Positions 54,074-64,000 are shown, counted from the first letter of the stretch. The stretch: DNA of 64,000 bases from Candidatus Bathyarchaeota archaeon (GCA_963780185.1 CAWABA010000006.1:160001-224000); one strand, 5' to 3'. Notes: a model not told the origin generated them from the letters alone. A program made the numbers and translations.

Positions 54074-54352
54074 TCAGTAAGTTAGACCCATGCGTTTTAT
54101 AAATTCAAGGACTCTTTCATATTCCATAATGTATTGTTTGCCTTTTTCAGTAAGTTTAAGAGACATCTCATCTTCAATCAAGCCAAGTTCTCTAAGCTCC
54201 GTTATATAATTCTTCAGCCGGTCAAAAGGCACATTAATTTGCACCTGAACATGCGTTAAAACAACCCTTTCCCTTTCATTACCTTCACTCCTCAATACAG
54301 ACAAAAGGTCCCCGTAAATCTTCAACTTGTCTCTGCGAGGAATTTTCTTCAT
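54074..54352 (-). CDS. Small winged-HTH transcription regulator
   Basis: RRDKLKIYGDLL...LKNYITELRELGLI...LTEKGK. Confidence 0.82.
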   Translation of the reverse strand: MKKIPRRDKLKIYGDLLSVLRSEGNERERVVLTHVQVQINVPFDRLKNYITELRELGLIEDEMSLKLTEKGKQYIMEYERVLEFIKRMGLTY

Positions 54353-55053
54353 TTCATCCCCTTTTTCTTGTTTGAACCATAAAAAGTCCGGTAAGAGACA
54401 AAAAGAAAGATAGCTAAACCTACAAAACGAGTTACCAAGGATCCTATGAATGCTGAGAAACTTGTGTCAATATACCAAAAGAGCAACGTATACTGGCTTA
54501 TTGCAAGAAAAATGAAGCCGAAAGGAATCCAAATAGTTGTTGGGTCGGGGTTCCTCACGTGACTTCGGAGGGTATAGATAGCAATGTACGAGAGGAGGAT
54601 TATGTTAACAAATCTCAAGTATACGTTAGCGTTCGAGTAATCCTTGAAAGCAAATTCTGGAGCAACAAATGCAATTAGAAGCAAAACGGCGAGAGAAATA
54701 GCTACCAGACTGATAGTTAGCTCTCCCAGTAGCGTGCCCTTTTTTGATTTCGTATTTGAAAACAAGTATGTGGCTGTAAGAAATATAAAAGCGAATGATC
54801 TTATTAGAACTGGGAGCCATATTAGCTCTCGAGGAAAACCAAGAGGCGAATATGATAAAGCTGCCAAACCGTATGATATTCCCAGAAAGGCAAATCCGAG
54901 GGGTAACCCCAGAAAAGTTCCTTCTCTAGTAAGCTTATACGGCTTTATCATGAACCTGACAAGGATAAGGCAAAGAATTGTCGCAACAGACTCTATTATG
55001 ATCCGTTCTGTAGGGTACATGTTGGTAGCAAACATGCTGCTAATCTTGTGCAT
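54349..55053 (-). CDS. 7TM membrane protein, putative sensor
   Basis: Seven hydrophobic segments; 4-nt overlap with the wHTH gene. Confidence 0.7.
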   Translation of the reverse strand: MHKISSMFATNMYPTERIIIESVATILCLILVRFMIKPYKLTREGTFLGLPLGFAFLGISYGLAALSYSPLGFPRELIWLPVLIRSFAFIFLTATYLFSNTKSKKGTLLGELTISLVAISLAVLLLIAFVAPEFAFKDYSNANVYLRFVNIILLSYIAIYTLRSHVRNPDPTTIWIPFGFIFLAISQYTLLFWYIDTSFSAFIGSLVTRFVGLAIFLFVSYRTFYGSNKKKGMK

Positions 55054-55235
55054 TCTATCCTTATTTGCTTTTTCAAAATCCGTCCAATACTAAGTAGTTT
55101 GGACGCAACCGCACAAGAAAGATTAGTGCTTTTTTTGTACTTACGATAAGTGAGTGTGTCTTATTAGGCGCTTGGTGTCATTTGAGGGTTCATAGCGCAA
55201 TATTGCGCGAAAAAATTAAGGAAGAAAACGACAAA

Positions 55236-57995
55236 ATGATTAATCTAAAAACCAAAACAATATCAATTTTGATTGCAGCAATCTTGATTAGTTCAATAGC
55301 AGCTTCAACATTTTTGATACCGACAGCTAACGCGCACACGCCATCTTGGAGCAATCCAACATTTGCTTACATTCAAGCCGTGCCTAATCCAATAGGAGTC
55401 GGCCAAACCGTGACAGTATACATGTGGCTATCTAACACCTTTGACAACACAAACCTCTACAACAACTACAGATTCCACGACTTTAACCTCACAATAACAG
55501 GACCCGACGGAAATATAGTGGCATCGCAAATTTTTGCAATAGTATGGGACCCCACAAGCAACCAACCATACGCCTTCACGCCTACAGTAGCAGGCACCTA
55601 CACCGCCTACTTCAACTTCCCAGGCCAAGCAATCACAACCAGCGACGACCTTTCAACATCATTGTACATTAACGACACCTACGCAGCCAGCTCAGCAAAA
55701 TGCACATTCACCGTGCAACAAACCCCAGTTGGAAGTTACCCCCAAACGCCGCTTCCGACAGCTTACTGGACACGCCCAATATACGGAGAAAACACTAACT
55801 GGTACACCATTTCATCAAACTGGTTAGGCTCGGGTTCAGCAGGCTACGGAACAGGCGCCTCAGGATGCACCTTCGTGCCGGGAAACGCAGTAGGACCTAT
55901 AACAAGCCACATCATGTGGACCTACCCCCTTGATTCAGGTGGTCTCGTTGGAGGAGAAGCACTTAGTGACGCAGGCACTACATATTTCGAAGGTTCAGCA
56001 TATAACACCAGATTCGAGAACCCCATCATAGTCGACGGATACCTGTACTACCAAGAACCTGTAACATTCACAGGGTATGCTAGCGGACCAACAGTCTGCC
56101 AAGACCTACGCACAGGCCAAATCATATGGACCACCACGCAAATCCCAACGTTATCTTTCGCCTACGTGTATCGCCTATACGACCCTAACCAGCACGGAGG
56201 TTTCCCACCGGTACTATTCACAAGCAACTTCGCCAGAGCCTTCGACGCATACACAGGAGATCCGCTTTTCAACGTAACCGGCGTCCCATCAGGCACAGCA
56301 ATGCAAGGTCCCTCAGGAGAGCAACTGAAGCTTATCGTTACAAACCTTGGCACATCAACCAACCCTAACCTGTACCTCAGCGAATGGAACTCGTCTAAAA
56401 TTTGGACCCTCACGTATAACCCATGGACCAAAGCAGTTGACAATTCCCCGACAATTTACAACGACTCAACCACAACCGGCGCAGCTTTAACAACAACTCA
56501 ATCAATGTACGCAAGCGTAACAGAGCCCGTTTTAGGAGCAGTCGCTGGAAACAACCCCAACGCACCTGCAACGTACAACTACCTGGTCTACGCCAACGTC
56601 GTCAACAACGCAAGCTCACTCTACAGCTACGACTTTAACAACTCGCTATCATGGCTAAACACCGTCACTCCAGTACCTACAATTGTCGCAGCATGGAGCG
56701 GGAACATGGCTATTCTCGTTAGCGGAACTATGCCGTCAGCTACTTCGTGGACACCCTACACATACTATGGCATAAACCTGAATGCAAGTGTGGGTCCAAT
56801 CGGCGAGAAACTTTGGAGCAACACACTATCAGCACCCGCAGGCAACATAACAGTCAGTTACAGTGGACCATCAAGCGCTTGCCAAACCTATGGCTACTTC
56901 GCCCAATTCTACAAGGAAACAATGCAGTTTGTCGGCTTCAGCATGTCAACAGGCAAACAACTTTGGGGCCCAACCGGCGACCAAAGCCAGCAGCAACTGA
57001 TGTACTATAACAGCGGATACAACAGCGGCGGCAACGAAGCAGGCGCAGCACAAGCGTACGGGAACATCTACTACTGTGGCTTCGGAGGAATAATGTCCTG
57101 CTACAGCCTCGCAACAGGAACGCTGCTATGGACATATGGCAACGGCGGATCAGGAAACAGCACAAACAGCGGCTTTGAAAGACCTGGAAACTATCCGACC
57201 TCAATTTTCGCCGTCGGCAACGGAGTAATATACACAACCACCACCGAACACACAGTTTCAAGCCCAATTTACAAGGGCGCACTGCAACGTGCCATCAACG
57301 CAACAACAGGCAAAGAAATCTGGACTTTAAACGAAGTCACCTCTGAATCAGGTCCTCCAATGATAGGCGCTATCGCAGACGGGTTCTCGGTAACTCTCAA
57401 CGGCTATGACAACCAAATTTACAGTGTAGGTCAAGGACCAAGCGCAACCACAGTCACTGCAACACATGCCGGTCTGTCATCCGGGCAACCAGTTGTAATC
57501 TCCGGAACAGTGATGGACATTTCAGCAGGCACCAAGCAAACTGAGCAAGCAGCAGACTTTCCATACGGCGTACCATGCGCATCCGATGCAAGCATGAGCC
57601 AATGGATGAGCCATGTCTACCAGCAACAGGCTATGCCGAGCAACTTTACAGGCGTTCCAGTAAACCTCTATGTCTTAGACTCTAACCACAACTACAGACC
57701 CATAGGCACTGCAACAACAGACCAAAGCGGCTTCTACACCTTAACATGGACTCCAGACATTAACGGAAACTATACTGTCTACGCACAATTCGCAGGCACC
57801 AACGGCTACTGGCCATCTTCATCTGAAACCTCATTCTACGTTAGCAGCCCAGCAACAACACCGACACCAACAGCTTCACCTGTATCAAATCTTGCAACAA
57901 TGTCAGACGTTACTTTTGGATTCGCTGCAGCAGTAATCGCCATAATCATCGCAATCGCAATAGTCGGCATACTCTTGCTGAGAAAAAAGCCATAA
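55236..57995 (+). CDS. PQQ-like beta-propeller cell-surface protein with C-terminal TM
   Basis: Signal peptide; PNPIGVGQ, DLRTGQIIW, ATGTLLWTY, NATTGKEIW repeats; TM-RKKP end. Confidence 0.85.
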   Translation: MINLKTKTISILIAAILISSIAASTFLIPTANAHTPSWSNPTFAYIQAVPNPIGVGQTVTVYMWLSNTFDNTNLYNNYRFHDFNLTITGPDGNIVASQIFAIVWDPTSNQPYAFTPTVAGTYTAYFNFPGQAITTSDDLSTSLYINDTYAASSAKCTFTVQQTPVGSYPQTPLPTAYWTRPIYGENTNWYTISSNWLGSGSAGYGTGASGCTFVPGNAVGPITSHIMWTYPLDSGGLVGGEALSDAGTTYFEGSAYNTRFENPIIVDGYLYYQEPVTFTGYASGPTVCQDLRTGQIIWTTTQIPTLSFAYVYRLYDPNQHGGFPPVLFTSNFARAFDAYTGDPLFNVTGVPSGTAMQGPSGEQLKLIVTNLGTSTNPNLYLSEWNSSKIWTLTYNPWTKAVDNSPTIYNDSTTTGAALTTTQSMYASVTEPVLGAVAGNNPNAPATYNYLVYANVVNNASSLYSYDFNNSLSWLNTVTPVPTIVAAWSGNMAILVSGTMPSATSWTPYTYYGINLNASVGPIGEKLWSNTLSAPAGNITVSYSGPSSACQTYGYFAQFYKETMQFVGFSMSTGKQLWGPTGDQSQQQLMYYNSGYNSGGNEAGAAQAYGNIYYCGFGGIMSCYSLATGTLLWTYGNGGSGNSTNSGFERPGNYPTSIFAVGNGVIYTTTTEHTVSSPIYKGALQRAINATTGKEIWTLNEVTSESGPPMIGAIADGFSVTLNGYDNQIYSVGQGPSATTVTATHAGLSSGQPVVISGTVMDISAGTKQTEQAADFPYGVPCASDASMSQWMSHVYQQQAMPSNFTGVPVNLYVLDSNHNYRPIGTATTDQSGFYTLTWTPDINGNYTVYAQFAGTNGYWPSSSETSFYVSSPATTPTPTASPVSNLATMSDVTFGFAAAVIAIIIAIAIVGILLLRKKP

Positions 57996-58415
57996 AACCA
58001 AAAACGCAAACACAACCAAAAATTCCCTTTCCCTTTTTTTAGTCCCCAAAAACCAACAAAAAAAAGAAGAAAAAGAGATGCGGCTGAGAGGGCTCTGGCC
58101 AATATCGTGAAATGGCAATTGAAGAAATGAAGTATATTTCATTTCTCTTTTTCTCCTGAAAGAAAAATCCAAATCCGCCAGAGCCTCAGCAAACCTCTCA
58201 TAAGCCTTGATCAACTATTGTTTATGTATTTTTTGAATTTTTATTGCGAACTCCAAAACAGCGTTCCTGTCCATTATACTCGAAAGCCAATAGCTTCGGT
58301 GCTTTGAAAAACGTGAATATGACTACTACTGCGTCCACAGAATCTGGGATAAGTATTTAACATTCACATTCTTTAAATGGAATTAAAGTTCTAGCTTAAA
58401 CTGAAAGGTGACAGA

Positions 58416-59234
58416 TTGAACTACCAACTTCTTCTAATCGGGTCACAGGTGGCAGTTACCGTATCCATTCTGCTTTACTCGTCATGGAGCGACCACAAAA
58501 CCCGAGAAGTAAGCAACTGGGTTTGGGCAATCTACGCGCCAATAGCAATCGCGCTTAGCGTATCCGACCTGTTGCTCTTCGACCAATCCAAAATTATCCT
58601 CTTCGGCGTAAGCGTAGGCTTCACCGTAGGCATAGCATTTCTGCTCTTCTATACAGGGGCATTCGGCGGCGCCGACTCAAAAGCCCTCATGTGCATCGCC
58701 TTTTCCTTGCCCTTCGCACCCGTCGCCCTATTCACGCCCCTCTTAGCAAACAGCTTGTCGCCTGTTTCGCAAGTTATCTACCCAATGACCATCTTCAGCA
58801 ACGGCGTCTTGTTTGCGGCAGCAAGCGGCGTCTACATGATACTGCGGAATTATGTTTGGCATAAAAGAAGCGGAAAAGAAATGTTCACAGGAACTTTGGC
58901 GCAGGAGTCAGCTTGGAAAAAAATCCTTATCTTAATAACAGGTTACAAAGTGACGGTTGCAAAGCTTAAGGAGAAATGGCATATTTTCCCGATGGAAGAC
59001 GTTGAAGCCGATGGCGAAAGCACCTTGAACCGAAAACTGGTGGTTATTCCAAGCGAAGAAGGAAGAGACGGAATCGTGGAACGCTTATCAAACGCTGCTC
59101 AAGCTGGAAAAATCGACAACTACGTCTGGGCAACCCCAGGATTACCCATGCTAATATTCATAACTGCAGGTCTAATCGTAGCGCTGATAGGCGGGGACGT
59201 CGTGTGGATGCTAGTTAGATTTATCCTCGCTTGA
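58416..59234 (+). CDS. Prepilin/prearchaellin peptidase (A24, PibD/ArlK-like)
   Basis: SWSDHKTREV, FGGADSKAL (GxGD-type), WATPGLPMLIFI. Confidence 0.88.
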   Translation: MNYQLLLIGSQVAVTVSILLYSSWSDHKTREVSNWVWAIYAPIAIALSVSDLLLFDQSKIILFGVSVGFTVGIAFLLFYTGAFGGADSKALMCIAFSLPFAPVALFTPLLANSLSPVSQVIYPMTIFSNGVLFAAASGVYMILRNYVWHKRSGKEMFTGTLAQESAWKKILILITGYKVTVAKLKEKWHIFPMEDVEADGESTLNRKLVVIPSEEGRDGIVERLSNAAQAGKIDNYVWATPGLPMLIFITAGLIVALIGGDVVWMLVRFILA

Positions 59235-59468
59235 AAAATCAAAGGCTTCAACGTAGATGTTTTTGCCGCGTTTTGAATAAGACACAAAAGCGACCAAAGT
59301 GAGAACCGAGCCGAAAGCCATCAACGCAAGGCTGTAGCCTTGGTATGGGTAGGCGCTCCAGTTTAACATCAGGCTCGTGTTGCCTGTTTGGTATGAATAG
59401 AAGAAAGCGCTAACCACGAATAATGACAGCGCAAGTGATAGAAGACAAACTTCCGTTTTGAACTTCAA
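59211..59468 (-). CDS. Small 2TM membrane protein
   Basis: Two hydrophobic helices around YPYQGY. Confidence 0.6.
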   Translation of the reverse strand: MKFKTEVCLLSLALSLFVVSAFFYSYQTGNTSLMLNWSAYPYQGYSLALMAFGSVLTLVAFVSYSKRGKNIYVEAFDFSSEDKSN

Positions 59469-59563
59469 ATACCCTTACCCCAATCCCCGTTATCCCGTTA
59501 GACAACCTTTTAATCGTCAGGTTGTTTTAAGCTTTTTGGAAAAAACCCTCAAGGAGCCGTCAA

Positions 59564-60667
59564 ATGTCCGCCGTGGAATGTAAGAAAGAACTGGAAAATT
59601 TTGCAAAACAGAAACATAAAGACTTTAAAGTTGCGGTTTTACCTGATTTTTTCCTTGACCGCCTCATCAACCTTGACTGGAACCCCCAAGAATTTTCAAG
59701 TTTAATCGGCGACGTAGCAAAACGCAAGGGCGGCAGCATAGATGGCATCTCCCAAACTGACATGCAGGGCGGAAACGCCGTTAACGTGGCGTCTGCTTTG
59801 GCGAATTTGGAGGTAGCGGTTACGCCAATTGTTTGCACAAGCCGCTGGGGGCTGCAGTTGATGAGGTATTATTTCAGAGGCAAAGCAGTTGACACTTCGC
59901 ACATTAAGGTGCGGGGCAAATCTTCCATAACAACCGCGTTGGAGTTCAAAAACAAAGACGCAAAAACAAACGTAATGATACGTGACTTAGGCGACTTAGC
60001 AGATTTCGGACCCAGCGACCTCGACGAAAGCGACTACTCGGTGATTGACGACGCCGATTACGTGTGCCTATTCAACTGGGCTGGCACCTTGAGAAACGGC
60101 ACAGAACTTGCCCGGGCAGTTTTCGGAAAGGCAAAAAAACAGGGAAAAGCCAAGACTTACTTCGACACCGCCAACCCCTCCCCGAACAGCGCCGCAATCC
60201 CCGATTTGACTCAGAAAATCCTGCGGTCCAATTTAATCGACATTTTAAGCGTAAACGAAAACGAAGCAATCATCTACGCCCGACTCATGGATAAAGATTT
60301 TGCCGACAAGAAGGAGCGTTTGCCGTTTGAGGAGTTGGCGATGGAGGCAGCTCGGGTTTTAGCGAAGCGTCTGCAGGCGAGGATTGATTTGCATACCACG
60401 GCTTTCTCCGCGACTTTGCGGGGCAAAACGGAGGTTGTTGCGCCTACTTTTAGGGTGGAGGTGCTTCGGGCGACTGGCGCAGGGGATGCTTGGACAGCGG
60501 GAAATATCATCGGAGACCACAACGGTTTATCCGACTTGTCACGTTTGACTCTGGCGAACGCCGTTGCAGCCTGCTACCTTTCCGACCCAGAAGGCAAACA
60601 TCCAACATGGAAAAAACTGGGCTCCTTCCTTAGGGACGATAATGAAAAGTCGTTAGTCCAACATTGA
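59564..60667 (+). CDS. PfkB/ribokinase-family carbohydrate kinase
   Basis: GGNAVNVASALANL, SVNENEA, ATGAGDAW. Confidence 0.9.
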   Translation: MSAVECKKELENFAKQKHKDFKVAVLPDFFLDRLINLDWNPQEFSSLIGDVAKRKGGSIDGISQTDMQGGNAVNVASALANLEVAVTPIVCTSRWGLQLMRYYFRGKAVDTSHIKVRGKSSITTALEFKNKDAKTNVMIRDLGDLADFGPSDLDESDYSVIDDADYVCLFNWAGTLRNGTELARAVFGKAKKQGKAKTYFDTANPSPNSAAIPDLTQKILRSNLIDILSVNENEAIIYARLMDKDFADKKERLPFEELAMEAARVLAKRLQARIDLHTTAFSATLRGKTEVVAPTFRVEVLRATGAGDAWTAGNIIGDHNGLSDLSRLTLANAVAACYLSDPEGKHPTWKKLGSFLRDDNEKSLVQH

Positions 60668-60674
60668 GACATTA

Positions 60675-60716
60675 AGTCAAGAAACCTTGACTAAAACCCG
60701 TCAAGAAACCTTTACG
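60675..60716. promoter_or_regulatory. Tandem operator-like sites AGTCAAGAAACCTTGACT and CGTCAAGAAACCTTTACG
   Basis: Palindromic arms AGTCAAG/CTTGACT; a second copy 24 bp downstream; just upstream of 60740. Confidence 0.6.
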
Positions 60717-60739
60717 AATAACCTTTTATCTCAAATTGA

Positions 60740-61279
60740 TTGAGTCCATTCATGGCTGAAAGAAGATTGAATAAAAGATTATTGACTGTTGCTCTGATAG
60801 TGGTTGCAATCTCGCTAATAGCTATAGTCGTCATGTCACAGTTCAATGTCCAGCTTTACCCAACAAATAAACCACAGCCAACCGCCACTCCAACGACAAC
60901 TCCGATTGCGACACCTAATCTCTCATCAGCGATACCTGACAATGGACAACGAATCAGCGTAAACGTAACTGCTCTCAACACAGCCTATTTACCAATTCAG
61001 TGGGACCCAATCTATTTTGTTCACGTTACCAACAACGGTAATTCACCCATAACGGTGGTTTCAATAATTGCTACCGGCAATGACCAAACTAATTTCGTTT
61101 ATTGGAATGGGACTCAAATTGTAAGCCCCACTACAACCGAGAAATTTTCAAGTGTAAACCCCTATGACGGCTGGAACATGAATGACATCTATGTTTATTA
61201 CGAAATCTCAGGGCAACTCTTTGCTTACAGCTTAGCCCCTCCATCCTTACCAACCTATGCTCCCATACCTACCCCATAA
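60740..61279 (+). CDS. Membrane-anchored extracellular hypothetical protein
   Basis: N-terminal TM, P/T linker, Ig-like VHVTNNGNSPITV. Confidence 0.7.
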   Translation: MSPFMAERRLNKRLLTVALIVVAISLIAIVVMSQFNVQLYPTNKPQPTATPTTTPIATPNLSSAIPDNGQRISVNVTALNTAYLPIQWDPIYFVHVTNNGNSPITVVSIIATGNDQTNFVYWNGTQIVSPTTTEKFSSVNPYDGWNMNDIYVYYEISGQLFAYSLAPPSLPTYAPIPTP

Positions 61280-61372
61280 TTTTACTCATACGAGAAAAGC
61301 AGCTAACTTGAAGCAATAACCTTTTCCTACGGCAAGCGAAGGTCAAAAAAAGCGCATGGGCAAAAAAAATGA

Positions 61373-61570
61373 TTAATTGGCTTTGGGTTTCTTTAAATAA
61401 AGATAGATACCCGTAGATTCTAAAACTATTCCTATAATTAGCCATGGTAACCAATACAGTGACCCAACGCTTCTGCGTAGATAAAAATAACTGACTATGC
61501 CATATCCTATCCCGAAGCCACCAGAATAAGTGAGAATTCTGACTAAAAAGCCACTTTTTCTCTTACCCAT
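61373..61570 (-). CDS. Small 2TM membrane protein
   Basis: 65 aa with basic termini and two hydrophobic stretches. Confidence 0.5.
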   Translation of the reverse strand: MGKRKSGFLVRILTYSGGFGIGYGIVSYFYLRRSVGSLYWLPWLIIGIVLESTGIYLYLKKPKAN

Positions 61571-62309
61571 AGAAACGTTATTTGTTCATTAGTTCTATTT
61601 TAGGTTTGTTTTAACTTCGCAGGGCAAAAAAGGGCAAGGAGAGCAAATTTAGACGCTGACAACTATGGCTTATTTGTGGATTGTTTCATAAAGAGCTTAA
61701 AGTCTGTGTCCGCAGTGGCCATATGTTCCCTCAGGCGTAACAACCTTCACAGCAAACTTTTAAAACCCTAATTTGGTTTTTCCATGTCTTTAACAATTTT
61801 TTGTTAAAAGTGTCCTCGTTTTTTGCATGTCCATTTTATAGTTTGCCCAAACTCTTAAATACCGTAAAATGTTTAGTTTTTGTCACGTTTTTGTCACCTT
61901 TTTCCACATTAGTTTGAAAGCCAAGAGCTAAATACATACAGAAACAATACTCCACTTGGCGCTAACGCCAACTGAGGATTGTTGCGGTATAGGAACCGTT
62001 ATCATCGTTTTTGCCTTGCGATGCAGGAGGCTGCATTTCTTAAAAGTGAATGAAAGGTTATGGATTCCCCGTCAAAATCTTTTCGACTTTATTCTAAGTA
62101 GCAGGGGCACTTTTAAGCTTAAATTGAGCATATTCTGATTGACCATTGTTTGTTTGCGTTCGTTTCTAACGAAAAATGCAAGCGCAAAACGCAAGAAAAG
62201 AAGACTAAATTGAGCTTATTTCATGTATGAAAACGCATGGTTAAATGTGCTGGAAGAATAAAAACCAATGTACTGATGGGTCTAGAGGCGGACAGGGGGA
62301 GGGGGTCTA

Positions 62310-62386
62310 GTATTTGTGACCAAAATCCACCACAAATATGGGTTAGCCATGCCCAACCAAGGGGGTACCCTCATTTTTACATCAAA
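62310..62386 (-). repeat. Dispersed element with TTTGATGTAAAAATG..GGTACCCC core, copy 2
   Basis: The plus strand reads GGGGGTACCCTCATTTTTACATCAAA. Confidence 0.55.
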
Positions 62387-62485
62387 TTTCCAAGGTAAAA
62401 ATGGTTCAGACAACAGGAGTGAAGTCTACTATTTGTGAACATGACCCATCACAAAAATGACGTGAGCTGATTCACGGATGATTTT

Positions 62486-63121
62486 TTAGTCTATGAGTAG
62501 CAGGGCGAAGGATTCAGGGTTCTTTTCGAACGGGAACTTTACTTCGATCCCAGCGTTAGCCGCGGTTTTTCTCACGTTGACTCCCACTGCGTCTTCTGAC
62601 CAGCGAGCCAACTCGGGGTGCACGCAGACCCTTGTTTGGGTGTTGCATTTTTCGCAGAGCTGGCATGTTCCTGAAACAAACGAGACTGCAAGGCTGTAGC
62701 CTTCCTTCATAGCTGCCTTCTCCAAATCAACCACGGCTTGCAGCATCAGCTTCTTGTCTTCTTTCCAGTCTGCCCAAAACTTCGCAGCCTTCGCCTTGAT
62801 TTCTTTAGGCACCGTCGGGTCAGACTCTGCCACATTAAGGTTTTTCAGCACTTCCGCGTCGCCCGAAGCTTTAGACTTAAACTTCATAAACATGGCATAC
62901 TTGTATTCGCCGACAATTTTTCTAAACTCCTCAGCCGACGGCGTGTAGGGTGGGCAAGCGAGGGTTTTGCCGTAGTTGTTGCAGCCGATTTTGCATTTAA
63001 GAACCACGCGGTCTTCAACGACGACTTTCTTGGTGGAGATGACTTTGGCGTCAGCAGCACCCTTCTCCAACGCTAATTTAGCAAGAAACACAAATTTCTC
63101 AGGAACCATTTGAGACGGCAT
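62486..63121 (-). CDS. DUF2284-like metal-binding protein
   Basis: KCKIGCNNYGKTLACPP, GTCQLCEKC...CVHP..AR.S.DAVGVNV. Confidence 0.8.
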   Translation of the reverse strand: MPSQMVPEKFVFLAKLALEKGAADAKVISTKKVVVEDRVVLKCKIGCNNYGKTLACPPYTPSAEEFRKIVGEYKYAMFMKFKSKASGDAEVLKNLNVAESDPTVPKEIKAKAAKFWADWKEDKKLMLQAVVDLEKAAMKEGYSLAVSFVSGTCQLCEKCNTQTRVCVHPELARWSEDAVGVNVRKTAANAGIEVKFPFEKNPESFALLLID

Positions 63122-63296
63122 TATTTTTTCACTAAGCTCTTTGGCTGACGCTTCTTTTCATATAAACGTTTAGCGGACGCAGTCGGAAAAATCTCGTCTA
63201 GAAAACCTGCAGTTTGCCTTTTGGTGTGGTGCTTGGCTTTTTTACATGCTGGTGAGCGCAAGGATAATATACTGAGTCGTTAAATGATGTTTCTGC

Positions 63297-64000
63297 GTGG
63301 GGGTTGTTGGTATCAAAAGCAAAATCAGCAGCGTAGGGTACGTCAACAAAATCCAAGAAAACATTTTGAGCATCAAGCACAGAGAGCTTGCGCCTCTTTT
63401 TAACGAGTTAAAAGCAGCTGACTGCGTAATATGCGGCGGCTCCGGTAGGTCCCTTTACTCATTGAACGCTGCGTTGAGCCAAATCGCGCTAAGCCAAGCG
63501 GGTTGGCGAAACAAGGTGGTTTTAACCCCCGATGACCCAGGTTTCCCAGGCAAAAGCATGTATGACGCCGCAGCTGACCTTGCAAGACGCTACAAAAAAA
63601 CGTTGCTTCTCATAAACAGCGGCAGCGGCTACTCAGACGACCCCTTAGTGATGGCGCAGGATTTAGCCCAATACATAGAGGAGAAGAAAACAAACAGGTT
63701 CTCCATGGGGCTCTTCACCTCTGCACCTGAATCGCCGCTGGGAGAAATAGTCAGCAAATACGGCAACATTGTTGAGCTTAAGGGACGCGGAAAATCAAAG
63801 CCCGGCACCGAATATAGCGAGACAGGCATGATGGGCGACATATTCGAGTTGGGCACGCTTGAACTTTTGAACAGCATGGTTGAAGCAGTCTTTCGAAACC
63901 TCGAGGTTGAAGAGGTTTTCCAGCTTTGCATTGAGGAACTAGAAAGAATCGGCGACATCATAGACTCAAACATCAACTCCGAAACATACACACAGCTTGT
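63297..64000 (+). CDS. SIS-domain sugar isomerase-like protein, runs off the window (not in ORF track)
   Basis: Manual translation ...ADCVICGGSGRSLYS...LLLINSGSG...FTSAPESPLG...MGDIFELG, resembling 6-phospho-3-hexuloisomerase. Confidence 0.7.
   Translation, partial: MGVVGIKSKISSVGYVNKIQENILSIKHRELAPLFNELKAADCVICGGSGRSLYSLNAALSQIALSQAGWRNKVVLTPDDPGFPGKSMYDAAADLARRYKKTLLLINSGSGYSDDPLVMAQDLAQYIEEKKTNRFSMGLFTSAPESPLGEIVSKYGNIVELKGRGKSKPGTEYSETGMMGDIFELGTLELLNSMVEAVFRNLEVEEVFQLCIEELERIGDIIDSNINSETYTQL

Noticed and set aside
57836-58214. Minus-strand ORFs downstream of the PQQ gene
   Set aside because: They run through low-complexity A/T terminator-like sequence and overlap the real gene antisense
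61571-62485. Long AT-rich intergenic region as a replication origin
   Set aside because: No repeated ORB-like boxes recognised and no cdc6/orc1 nearby
63629-63991. Minus-strand 120-aa ORF in the track
   Set aside because: Shadow of the plus-strand SIS-domain gene that runs off the window

Overview
Archaeal genomic DNA, most consistent with Bathyarchaeia/TACK. Support: archaeal EF-1alpha, the aIF-1A-rio1-dim2 operon, short XPF, class III signal-peptide pilins, and PQQ/YVTN/Kelch surface proteins. Many genes, including conserved ones (msrA, xpf, radical SAM), are broken by single-base indels, which looks like an unpolished long-read assembly. The strongest candidate for a new system is a ~3.9 kb AT-rich island between tRNA-Pro(CGG) (8968-9045, minus) and a ~64 bp copy of its 3' part (5028-5091). 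It has no integrase. It carries AbrB-VapC, an Mrr-type nuclease with Zn fingers, and a translationally coupled pair of a 2TM ThsA-like macrodomain protein and a Tox-ART-HYD1 ADP-ribosyltransferase. This pair may be a Thoeris-like defence system with an ART in place of the TIR enzyme. Other highlights: a giant secreted Ig-repeat protein with an apparent Cys-Gln thioester domain and Cys-enriched C-terminal repeats, a type IV pilus-like locus with prepilin peptidase, a C2H2 zinc-finger mini-protein missed by the ORF track, and several recurring non-coding motifs. All family assignments are by eye from motifs; no searches were run.
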